Shown: positions 28,405 to 36,276 of the stretch, piece after piece
Position numbering within the stretch: the first letter of the stretch is position 1
Layout of the letters: every line of letters starts with the position of its first letter
Made by a program: the position numbers and the translations under genes
Notes under the pieces: generated by a model
What the model was told of the DNA's origin: nothing
The model's input: the letters and a program-made list of their open reading frames with translations, nothing else
Database searches by the model: none
DNA from: an uncultured Christensenella sp.
GTDB lineage: Bacteria; Bacillota; Clostridia; Christensenellales; UBA3700
Assembly: GCA_964478025.1 (NCBI GenBank)
Contig: CAYZGK010000001.1
Span: 23,631 to 87,630 of the forward strand
Direction: 5' to 3'
DNA length: 64,000 nucleotides

Positions 28405-29311
28405 TGATAAAGAACGTTTTGTGGAAGCGGTAATAGCTACAAGTGAAATGCTTGGTATGGATCCTGTATTGGTAGAAAAAGATTATTTTGTTACCTTATT
28501 TTTGAAAAAAGCTGTAGAGAGAATACCGGGGCTTGTTTTTAAAGGTGGGACCTCTTTGTCGAAATGTTATAATCTAATAGATAGGTTTTCTGAAGATATA
28601 GACCTTACGCTTGATAATGAACATTTTACGCAAAGTAAAAAGCGAAATTCTATAAAGGAATTAATCGCAGTATGTGATGAATTAGGACTTGAACTGATAA
28701 ACAAAGAATCAATAGAAAAGCACACTCATGGAAATTATAATTGTTATAACATACATTATCCAATAATTTTTCCTTCAAAGGATGTTAAAAATGAGTTAAA
28801 AGTTGAAATGACATATATTCAGAAATGCTATCCACATGAACAAATTAAAGCCATTTCTTATATAGGAGAATTCTTTGAAAGAAAAGGAAATAATCGGGTT
28901 GTTAATGAGTATGAATTAGATGCATTTACTGTACAGGTACAATCTTTAGAAAGAACATTAGTGGATAAGGTCTTTGCTATATGTGATTATTATCTAAGCA
29001 AAAACACAGTGCGAAATTCAAGGCATATTTATGATATATCGAAATTGTTGACAAAGGTAGATATTTTCGAGCCAAACTTGAAGATGTTGGTTGAGAATGT
29101 AAGAAATGATCGTAAATCAAATAAAACTTGTTTGTCAGCACAGGATGGAATAAAGGTTACTGAACTTTTAAAGAAGATTATTGCAACCAAATTTTTTAAG
29201 CAGGATTATGATGAAATAACTTCAAAGTTGTTGATTAAAGCAGTAAGTTATGATGAAGCAGTTCGGTCATTACAAACGATAATTGATAGTGGCTTGTTTG
29301 AGACAAAATAG
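28391..29311 (+). CDS. AbiEii/AbiGii-family nucleotidyltransferase toxin
   Basis: Signature FKGGTSLSKCYNLIDRFSEDIDL (GGT..L...R.S.D(I/L)D of the DUF1814/AbiEii family). ATG at 28391, in frame with the ORF-track GTG at 28379. GGAG at 28376-28379. Confidence 0.8.
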   Translation: MKLHNDKERFVEAVIATSEMLGMDPVLVEKDYFVTLFLKKAVERIPGLVFKGGTSLSKCYNLIDRFSEDIDLTLDNEHFTQSKKRNSIKELIAVCDELGLELINKESIEKHTHGNYNCYNIHYPIIFPSKDVKNELKVEMTYIQKCYPHEQIKAISYIGEFFERKGNNRVVNEYELDAFTVQVQSLERTLVDKVFAICDYYLSKNTVRNSRHIYDISKLLTKVDIFEPNLKMLVENVRNDRKSNKTCLSAQDGIKVTELLKKIIATKFFKQDYDEITSKLLIKAVSYDEAVRSLQTIIDSGLFETK

Positions 29312-29673
29312 TATAAAAGGGACGTTAATCAAATCATTCTTTTTATAGCAATAACATACTAAAATCATGTGAGTAACAAAGGTTTTGGTGTAAAGCCTGT
29401 GTTTAAATTTATTCAATTGAGTGTACTAGGATAATAGGACTTTTAAATAAAATAAATGGATTAAATGATATTATCTATGTGCAAATAAATAGAAAATCTC
29501 ACATATAAAATATCATAAATTAAGTAATTAATAATGATAATTATTCAATATACTAATAAATATGTTAGAAAAATTTGAATAAAAAACAGTTTGCAATCTT
29601 GGCAAAGCTTTAATGGATAATATAGTAAAAGTTTTTATTGTTATGGTAATTTATAATGTGTTAAAATGTTTTT

Positions 29674-32211
29674 ATGAAAGAAATATCCCAGGAAAAAATA
29701 AATAAAAAACTTTCAAAGAAGAAAGATAGTTTTAAATTAAGAAAGGCCGATCGTATAAATACATCAGTTTTAGAGGGATTAACTTTAGAGCAAGTTGAAG
29801 AAAGAAAAAAAGATAATTTAACTAATAAAAAAGTAAATGATAAAACAAAATCAATAGCAAAGATTTTTGTAGAAAATATTTTTAATTTTTGTAATTCTCT
29901 AATTATTATTTTATGCATAATTTTAATATGTTTAGGTAAAGCTAATCAGACATTATCTTCATGTATTATTGTTGTAAATATTGCAATAGGAATATACCAA
30001 GAAGTAAAAGCTAAAAGAACTGTTCAAAAGCTTTCAATCGTGAAGGAAGCAAAGGTTGATGTAGTTCGTGGTGGTCAAACATATAACATACCAACAGAAG
30101 AAATTGTTTTAGATGATGTTTTTATTTTATCTGCAGGTCAACAGGTTCCAGTAGATGGTGTTATCTTAGATGGCGCACTTGAAATAGATGAATCAATCCT
30201 AACAGGTGAATCAGAAGGCGTAAAAAAGGATAAAGATAAAAAGATAATGGCAGGTTCAGTTGTTTTGGCTGGCGAGGCTGCAATTCGAGCAGAAAGAGTT
30301 GGAAAGGATTGCTATATTGAAGCAATAGCTAATATTGCAAAAAAAGTAAATAAGCCAGAATCTAGATTGTTTAATGTTATAGATAAAATCATAAAAGTAT
30401 TTAGTTGTATATTAGTATTTTTAGCAATAATATTAGCAATAGCAAATATAGTGGCAGGAAACTCATGGCAAGAGGCTGTTCCTATGGTAATTTATACTAT
30501 GCTTGGGATGGTTCCTTGTGGAATGTTTGTTGTCACATCTACTGCGCTTGCTCAATCTGTTTTAAAACTAGCAAAAACAAATGCTCTTCCTCAAGATATA
30601 TATTCAGTTGAAATGATTGCGATGGTAGATACATTACTTTTAGATAAAACAGGAACTATAACCGATGGAAATTTGGAAGTTTTAGAAGAGTATGATTTAA
30701 GTGAACTATCAAAACAAGATGTAGCAGACATAGTAATAACTTTATCTGAAAGCAATAGAGATAAAAAGCCTACTGCGATAGCTTTAAATAAATATTGTGA
30801 AAGTGGAAAAGAACTGCCATATATAGATAATTTACCTTTTTCTTCTCAAAGAAAATATAGTGCAGTTCAATTAGAAAACGGAAAGACTTATATTATGGGC
30901 GCACCAGACTTAATATGCCCTGATGACAAAAACGTTGAAGAATATTGCCATAATAAAGCGCTAGAGGGGAAAAGAACAATACTTTTAGGAGAGTTTGATG
31001 GTTCTATTGATGATATCGATCCAAGTATGGTTAAACCTATTTGTATATTTGCAATAGAGGAAGAATTAAAAAAGAATATAAAAGATATTTTGGCTTGGTT
31101 TAGTAATAATGACGTGGATATTAAAATTATATCAGGAGATAATCCATTAACAGTTTCTGCAATTGCTAAAAAAGCAGGTGTTTTAAATGCCGATAAAGTT
31201 GTTAATTGTAGCGAACTAACGGACGAAGAATTAAAAGAAGTTTGTAGTGAAGTGGTAGTTTTTGGAAGAGTATCTCCTGAGCAAAAAGTTTTAATAGTAG
31301 AAGAACTTAAAAAGAAGAAACATATTGTTGGCATGGTAGGGGATGGTGTTAATGATGTAAAAGCATTAAAGGCCAGCAATTGTTCAATTTCTTTTGGCAA
31401 TGCAAATGAGGTTGCAAGAAATATATCGCGTATAGTTTTACTTGATAATGATTTCCAATCAATGCCTAAAATTGTAGAAGAAGGAAGAAGAGTTATTGGA
31501 AATATAGAAAAGGTGTCATCTTTGTTTATAATGAAAAATATATTTATAATGACAATGACATTTATATTTTCAATAGTATTAATGGTTACAAAGACTATAG
31601 GCTATCCTTTCTCTTCAGCAAACATGCTATTATTTGAGTTCTTTGTGGTTGGAATTCCGCCATTTTTATTTGCTTTAATGCCAAATCAGGAAAGAATAAA
31701 AGGAAATTTCTTAAGAAATGTAATAAAAGTAAGTATTCCGGCTGCTTTATCTATAATTATAGCAACATGTTTTATATTTATATTAAATGCTGCAAATATA
31801 ATAGAAGGGGAAGTTTATGAGGGAAGTTATGTAGTGTCCTTAGGAGCATTAAGTATGACGCTTGCTGCTTTTATTTGTGCATTTTTCGTTGCATTGCCTT
31901 GGAATAAAATTAGAGTAGGTATTTTAGTAGCTGCGATGTTGCTTGCGATATTCTGTGTTTATGGTGATGGGGCTTGGTTTGATGGTAATTTCTTACAAGT
32001 TCAATGGCCAACTAACATAATGCATGTTGTTTATGTTTTAATATCTGGAGTTATAGCTCTTGTTGTTAATTTAGTATTTAGACAAATTTTCAAAGTTTTA
32101 GATAAAAAATACGGGGATGTAGCGGCTGAAAAATTTTCTAATAGTATAGGTAAAACTAAGGAAAACTTTGAAAAAATTCAATCTTCAATAAAAACAAAAT
32201 TTGAAAAATAG
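29674..32211 (+). CDS. cation-translocating P-type ATPase (P2-like, substrate unknown)
   Basis: 845 aa. TGES actuator motif (ILTGESEGV), phosphorylation site LLLDKTGTITDG, hinge MVGDGVNDVKALK, about 10 TM segments. The TM4 motif reads VPCGMF where P2 pumps have PEGL. Confidence 0.9.
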   Translation: MKEISQEKINKKLSKKKDSFKLRKADRINTSVLEGLTLEQVEERKKDNLTNKKVNDKTKSIAKIFVENIFNFCNSLIIILCIILICLGKANQTLSSCIIVVNIAIGIYQEVKAKRTVQKLSIVKEAKVDVVRGGQTYNIPTEEIVLDDVFILSAGQQVPVDGVILDGALEIDESILTGESEGVKKDKDKKIMAGSVVLAGEAAIRAERVGKDCYIEAIANIAKKVNKPESRLFNVIDKIIKVFSCILVFLAIILAIANIVAGNSWQEAVPMVIYTMLGMVPCGMFVVTSTALAQSVLKLAKTNALPQDIYSVEMIAMVDTLLLDKTGTITDGNLEVLEEYDLSELSKQDVADIVITLSESNRDKKPTAIALNKYCESGKELPYIDNLPFSSQRKYSAVQLENGKTYIMGAPDLICPDDKNVEEYCHNKALEGKRTILLGEFDGSIDDIDPSMVKPICIFAIEEELKKNIKDILAWFSNNDVDIKIISGDNPLTVSAIAKKAGVLNADKVVNCSELTDEELKEVCSEVVVFGRVSPEQKVLIVEELKKKKHIVGMVGDGVNDVKALKASNCSISFGNANEVARNISRIVLLDNDFQSMPKIVEEGRRVIGNIEKVSSLFIMKNIFIMTMTFIFSIVLMVTKTIGYPFSSANMLLFEFFVVGIPPFLFALMPNQERIKGNFLRNVIKVSIPAALSIIIATCFIFILNAANIIEGEVYEGSYVVSLGALSMTLAAFICAFFVALPWNKIRVGILVAAMLLAIFCVYGDGAWFDGNFLQVQWPTNIMHVVYVLISGVIALVVNLVFRQIFKVLDKKYGDVAAEKFSNSIGKTKENFEKIQSSIKTKFEK

Positions 32212-32222
32212 GTTTTTAAAAT

Positions 32223-32395
32223 CAGTTCACAAGATTAAGTGCTTATAAGAATTTTATTGGAAAAGTGTAAAAAATACTGCTTTTTCTTTTGGAAAAGTGT
32301 AATTTTAGTTTAAAATTTTATTGGAAAAGTGTAATTTTATTGTATGGTATTGTTGAAAATAAACATATTTAAGGAAAAATTGATGTTTTATAAGA
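32223..32395 (+). repeat. about 170-bp direct repeat, copy 1 (promoter/operator region of the DUF4143 pseudogene)
   Basis: Near-identical to 34519-34690: GTTCAC(A/G)AGATTA..AGTG(C/T)TTATAAGAATTTTATTGGAAAAGTG(T/C)AAAAAATACT...TTTTGGAAAAGTG(T/C)AATTTT...ATTATT(G/A)GAAAAGTGTAATTTTATTGTAT. It holds three ATTGGAAAAGTGTAA words (32256-32270, 32291-32306, 32321-32338) at a 32-33 bp period. Confidence 0.85.
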
Positions 32396-32736
32396 AAATA
32401 GAAATAAAGTTAAATCAATGACTATGGTATTAATTTAGGAAGTATATATGAAACAGTTTGTGCAAGTGAATTAATCTCACATGGCCATGAACTTTACTAT
32501 TTTGATAGCAAAAAAGTAGGAGAAGTTGTTTATCTTATAAGCGATTATGATACATTATCGATTTTGCCAATTGAAATCAAATCAAAAAAAGATCAAAATA
32601 ATTTTAGAGCAATCCTTAAGCTAGTAAAGGAGCCATATAATTTAAAAAAAAAGTTATATTTTTTGGTAACGAAAATATTATAAAAGAGGAATATAATCTT
32701 ATAACTTTTCCCATTTATATGATTATGTTTGTATAA
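32383..32736 (+). pseudogene. decayed AAA_14/DUF4143 ATPase (internal deletion plus frameshifts)
   Basis: The ATG at 32383 gives MFYKKIEIKLNQ*, compared with MFERKIEVDLKEY of the 54304 gene. Another frame, from 32414, gives INDYGINLGSIYETVCASELISHGHELYYFDSKKVGEVVYLISDYDTLSILPIEIKSKKDQNNFRAILKLVKEPYNLKKK, which matches the last ~100 aa of the 54304 protein (LDNDKGINLGSVYETVCAMELIAHGHTLYYFDSKKVGEVDFLINDYNSLQVVPIEIKSGNDKNNFRAIPKLV). A further shift at the A9/T6 runs (32644-32664) gives GNENIIKEEYNLITFPIYMIMFV* (stop at 32734-32736). About 330 central codons, including the whole ATPase core, are missing. Confidence 0.85.
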
Positions 32737-32807
32737 TACACTTGGCAAAAAAATGGTTCTTTTTGTAAAATAAATGTTAATTCATATAAAATCAGTAGGG
32801 TTACATT

Positions 32808-32855
32808 TAATGTTGCAAATAATGTTGCAAATAATGTTGCAAATAATGTTGCAAG
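32808..32855 (+). repeat. perfect 12-bp tandem repeat x4 upstream of the AlbA_2 gene
   Basis: TAATGTTGCAAA x3 followed by TAATGTTGCAAG, contiguous. Each unit contains the palindromic hexamer TTGCAA. The array ends 22 nt before GGAGG (32878-32882) and 35 nt before the ATG at 32891. Confidence 0.9.
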
Positions 32856-32890
32856 ATGATACAATAAAATCATAATTGGAGGTCCCGAGT

Positions 32891-34207
32891 ATGTATGAAT
32901 GCAATAACATTGAGTTTAAAAGTGAAGTTAACGAAAAATTAGAAAAAGAAGTTGTGGGGTTCTTAAATAGTAATGGTGGACATATTTATTTGGGAATAGA
33001 AGATGATGGAGAAACTGTTATTGGCTTTGAAGATATTGATCAAGCCCAATTGCTTGTTAAAGATAGAATCAAAGATAAGATAGATCCTTCGCCTGTTGGA
33101 TTTTTTGAAATTATTGTAGAAGAAAGAGAAAATAAAAAAATAATACATGTAATCGTTGCTAGAGGAAATGAAAAACCTTATTATTTAAAGAAATATGGCA
33201 TGTGCCCCCTTGGTGCATTTGTAAGAGTCGGAAGTTCTCTTTCTCAATTAACAGAAAAACAAATTTTTGACATGTATTCTAAAAGAACGAGAACTTCATT
33301 AATTAATATTGTTTCGCCAATTAAAAACTTGACTTTTACTCAATTAAAAATATATTACGAAGAAATAGGATATGAAATAAATCCTAATTTATATAATCAA
33401 TTAAATTTCAAGATGAATGGTGGTGAATTTAATTATTTAGCATACTTACTATCTGACCAAAATAGTTTAGTAATTAATGTAGGAAAATTTAAGGGGAATG
33501 ATGTTTATGATTTAGAAGAATTAAAATCATATTCAAATCAGTCTCTTATTAAAACTACACATGAAATTGTAGATTATATTGAAAGTTTAAATAAAACATT
33601 TACTAAAATAACTTCCTCAAAAAGAATTGAAGAGAAATTGTTTGATAGTTTGGCAATGAGAGAAGCTGTTATAAATGCTATAGTCCATTCTGATTATAGT
33701 TATGAAAACTCTCCTACATTTAGAATATTTGATAATCATATTGAAATCATATCCGTTGGTGGTCTACCTGAAGGCATAGAAAAAGAAGAATTTTTAAATG
33801 GATATATGTCTCCTAAAAATCCTCAATTAATGAAAATATTTAGGGATTTAGGATTTGTTGAACATATGGGAACTGGAATAATTAGAATCCTTAAAAAGTA
33901 TGATAAATCGGTTTTTAATTTTAGTACTAATTTTATAAAGGTATCTATTCCCTATAAGAGTGCTTTAACAGTATCAGTCTTTAATAAAACATTGAGTCAA
34001 AGTACAACAAACATTGATATAACCAATAGGCAAAGAGAGATAATTGATTTAATTAATCGGTTTAAGAATATTACACAGGAAGAATTAGCATCCAAATTGA
34101 ATGTATCTAGATATACAATAATAAGAGATTTAAAATCTTTAGAAGAAAAAAATATTATATTTCGTGAAGGATCAAATAAAACTGGCTACTGGAAAGTTAA
34201 TAATTAA
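32891..34207 (+). CDS. AlbA_2 (Schlafen-like) domain / ATPase-like / C-terminal wHTH protein (often annotated as RecG-like putative transcriptional regulator)
   Basis: N-terminus ECNNIEFKSEVNEKLEKEVVGFLNSNGGHIYLGIEDDGE..EKPYYLKK fits the AlbA_2 domain. The central part REAVINAIVHSDYS...GGLPEG...RNPQLMKIFRDLGFVEHMGTGI fits the HATPase_c_4-like region. The C-terminal HTH is ITQEELASKLNVSRYTIIRDLKSLEEKNII. I chose the ATG at 32891 over the ORF-track TTG at 32876, because that TTG overlaps the GGAGG. Confidence 0.8.
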   Translation: MYECNNIEFKSEVNEKLEKEVVGFLNSNGGHIYLGIEDDGETVIGFEDIDQAQLLVKDRIKDKIDPSPVGFFEIIVEERENKKIIHVIVARGNEKPYYLKKYGMCPLGAFVRVGSSLSQLTEKQIFDMYSKRTRTSLINIVSPIKNLTFTQLKIYYEEIGYEINPNLYNQLNFKMNGGEFNYLAYLLSDQNSLVINVGKFKGNDVYDLEELKSYSNQSLIKTTHEIVDYIESLNKTFTKITSSKRIEEKLFDSLAMREAVINAIVHSDYSYENSPTFRIFDNHIEIISVGGLPEGIEKEEFLNGYMSPKNPQLMKIFRDLGFVEHMGTGIIRILKKYDKSVFNFSTNFIKVSIPYKSALTVSVFNKTLSQSTTNIDITNRQREIIDLINRFKNITQEELASKLNVSRYTIIRDLKSLEEKNIIFREGSNKTGYWKVNN

Positions 34208-34417
34208 AATTTTCTTTAAATATGTGTATATTGCAAGTGAATGAAATATATCATATTTCTATAAAAGTTTATCTATAGGTTTGGATGGACAATATAGAAT
34301 TTAAAATATTAGTGGTTTATCCACAAAATTTTACAAAAAAAGTATTATAAAAAGGTTTTTAATTTTTATGACATAAAACAATTAATAGAGAAAAATGCGG
34401 AGTGAAGTTAATGGAGG

Positions 34418-34483
34418 ATATAAAAAGATAATTTGCTTTTTCAATTAATTTTAATTGTACCAGTAATATCTAAAATTGACTTA
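34418..34483 (+). repeat. 66-bp direct repeat, copy B
   Basis: ATATAAAAAGATAATTTGCTTTTTCAATTAATTTTAATTGTACCAGTAATATCTAAAATTGACTTA. 63 of 66 positions are identical to 36183-36248. The 21-nt core ATAATTTGCTTTTTCAATTAA also occurs inverted at 27638-27658. Confidence 0.85.
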
Positions 34484-34518
34484 ATCCAAATTTTTAGGTG
34501 GTTAAACTCCAAATATTG

Positions 34519-34690
34519 GGTTCACGAGATTATTGAGTGTTTATAAGAATTTTATTGGAAAAGTGCAAAAAATACTATTTTTTCTTTTGGAAAAGTGCAA
34601 TTTTGGTTTAAAATATTATTAGAAAAGTGTAATTTTATTGTATATTATTATTGAAAATAAGCATATTTGAGGAAATGTTTGGAAACTTTA
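34519..34690 (+). repeat. about 170-bp direct repeat, copy 2 (orphan promoter/operator remnant)
   Basis: It matches 32223-32395, including three (A/T)TT(G/A)GAAAAGTG(C/T)AA words at a 32-bp period (34554-34635). Only a 20-codon ORF follows it, so the ATPase gene that belongs here appears to be deleted. Confidence 0.8.
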
Positions 34691-35016
34691 TGCATAATTC
34701 ATACATTGTTAATAGCAAAATGGGCATAAGATAAAATCTTTGCTCACTTTTTTGCTCGCTTTTTAAAACTATATAGTATAATTGTTAATGGTAAACTGAA
34801 AATGCTGTAAAATGGCCAACTTAAAATGCTGTTTTATAGAAGTTTTAGTATAATCTCAGTATAAGCCCTAGCGGTTCACGAAAAGTGAAGGTTATACAAA
34901 ATAAGAAAAGACATTATAATCGTGTAAGTCAAAATGGCTATCGTTTTTATTTAACTAAATGTTTACAAAGAGTATGAACTTGGATCCTTTGAATTGGAAT
35001 TGCTCAAATTATATGT

Positions 35017-35083
35017 AATTTGCCCAATTTTAATCGAATTTGTGCGTTTAATCGCCCAAATCTATTGACAATCGCCCAATTTG
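35017..35083 (+). promoter_or_regulatory. AAT(C/T)GCCCAA word array upstream of the fic-like gene
   Basis: AATTTGCCCAATTT (35017-35030), AATCGCCCAAAT (35050-35062) and CAATCGCCCAATTT (35069-35083). Looser relatives are AATTGCTCAAATT (about 34998-35010), AATTTGTGCGTTT (35037-35049) and AATTGTGCAAAAA (about 35091-35103). ATG at 35121. Confidence 0.5.
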
Positions 35084-35120
35084 CTGGTAGAATTGTGCAA
35101 AAAGATAAGGGATTAGGCGC

Positions 35121-36167
35121 ATGAGAAACTTTGATTACAAAAAGCTAAAGGATATTAAGTGGGATAGTGAGATATTGGGATTGGTTGCTCAAATACATGA
35201 ATTTAAAGGGAAGCAGATGTTATTTTTAAAACAAAAGCCAGCAACGCTTGATAAACTTGTAGAGATAGCGAAAATACAAAGCACCGAGGCTTCCAATAAA
35301 ATAGAGGGCATTGTAACTACGGCTACTCGTATTAAGCAGTTATGCGACCAAAAGACTACACCGAGAAATAGAGACGAAGAAGAAATTTCTGGGTATCGAG
35401 ATGCTCTGTCGCTAATTCACGAGAGTTATGAGTATATTCCGATAAAATCTTCATATATTTTGCAATTGCATCAGGTATTATATCGTTATTCTGAAAGGGG
35501 TATCGGTGGTAGATTTAAGAATGCGCAAAACTATATTGCAGAAATCAAAGAAACCGGCGAACAAATTGTGCGTTTTATGCCACTTGATCCATTTGAAACC
35601 CCGATGGCAATAGAGGCAATATGTGAAAGCTTTAATCGTGAAATGGATTTTTGCGAAATTGATCCGCTTATTCTCATTCCGGCGTTTATTATTGATTTCT
35701 TATGTATTCATCCATTCAATGACGGCAATGGAAGAATGTCGCGTTTGCTTACGACTTTGCTTTTATATCGTGCGGGGTATGTTGTAGGTAAATATGTGAG
35801 TCTGGAGAGCAAAATTGAAAAAACAAAAGCAAGTTATTATGAAACGCTCGAAAAAAGTGATATTGGTTGGAACAGCGAAGAAAACGATATAATTCCTTTT
35901 ATAAAATATATGCTCGGAACAATTTTGGCTGCTTATAGAGATTTCGAGGAAAGAGTAACTTTGGTGGAAGGTAAATCATTGGCAATCGATTTAGTGAGAA
36001 ATGCAGTAAATAATACAATTGGCAAGTTTACTAAGAGCAATATAATGGAACTTGTACCATCCGTAGGCAAAACATCTATTGAAAATTCTTTAAAAACTTT
36101 AATCGACGAAGGAGTTATAGGAAGAGAAGGCAAAGGAAAGGCAACGTTTTACTTTAGAAAAAATTGA
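35121..36167 (+). CDS. Fic-family protein (class II, N-terminal inhibitory helix) with C-terminal wHTH
   Basis: Fic active-site motif HPFNDGNGRMSR. N-terminal inhibitory motif SNKIEG, which fits (S/T)xxxE(G/N). The C-terminal segment KSNIMELVPSVGKTSIENSLKTLIDEGVIGREGKGKATFY is wHTH-like. TGA stop. GC content is higher than in the neighbours: 23/60 in line 35521, against 15/60 in line 36301. Confidence 0.9.
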   Translation: MRNFDYKKLKDIKWDSEILGLVAQIHEFKGKQMLFLKQKPATLDKLVEIAKIQSTEASNKIEGIVTTATRIKQLCDQKTTPRNRDEEEISGYRDALSLIHESYEYIPIKSSYILQLHQVLYRYSERGIGGRFKNAQNYIAEIKETGEQIVRFMPLDPFETPMAIEAICESFNREMDFCEIDPLILIPAFIIDFLCIHPFNDGNGRMSRLLTTLLLYRAGYVVGKYVSLESKIEKTKASYYETLEKSDIGWNSEENDIIPFIKYMLGTILAAYRDFEERVTLVEGKSLAIDLVRNAVNNTIGKFTKSNIMELVPSVGKTSIENSLKTLIDEGVIGREGKGKATFYFRKN

Positions 36168-36182
36168 CGAGATTAATATAGA

Positions 36183-36248
36183 ATATAAAAAGATAATTTA
36201 CTTTTTCAATTAACTTTAATTGTACCATTAATATCTAAAATTGACTTA
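36183..36248 (+). repeat. 66-bp direct repeat, copy C (supplies the -35 box of the FkbH operon promoter)
   Basis: ATATAAAAAGATAATTTACTTTTTCAATTAACTTTAATTGTACCATTAATATCTAAAATTGACTTA. It differs from copy B at 3 positions. Confidence 0.85.
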
Positions 36249-36269
36249 GATTTCCTATATATTTATAAT
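36241..36269 (+). promoter_or_regulatory. sigma-A-type promoter of the FkbH-ACP-MBOAT operon
   Basis: TTGACT (36241-36246), a 17-nt spacer, then TATAAT (36264-36269). The -10 box ends 8 nt before the ATG at 36277, so the transcript has a very short leader or is leaderless. Confidence 0.5.
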
Positions 36270-36276
36270 ATATTAT

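Noticed and set aside
29312-29673. Possible riboswitch (for example an M-box) in the 360-bp leader of the P-type ATPase
   Set aside because: I could find no conserved riboswitch core and no convincing terminator or antiterminator. There are only weak, AT-rich inverted repeats. A covariance-model scan would be needed before making any claim.
30405-31400. ORFs at 30405-30611 (+) and 30888-31400 (-) inside the P-type ATPase gene
   Set aside because: These are alternate-frame or antisense ORFs within a gene that has unambiguous P-type ATPase motifs. They have no independent support.
34317-34325. Perfect DnaA box TTATCCACA in the 900-bp non-coding stretch
   Set aside because: It is a single copy. 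Roughly one chance 9-mer match is expected in 2 x 64 kb. There is no cluster of boxes, no AT-rich unwinding element pattern and no dnaA/dnaN nearby.
26241-36250. Calling the accessory region a mobile genetic element, prophage or integrative island
   Set aside because: The window contains no integrase, transposase, recombinase, terminal inverted repeats or phage structural genes. Only the cassette-like repeats are visible, so I report it as a variable region and not as a mobile element.
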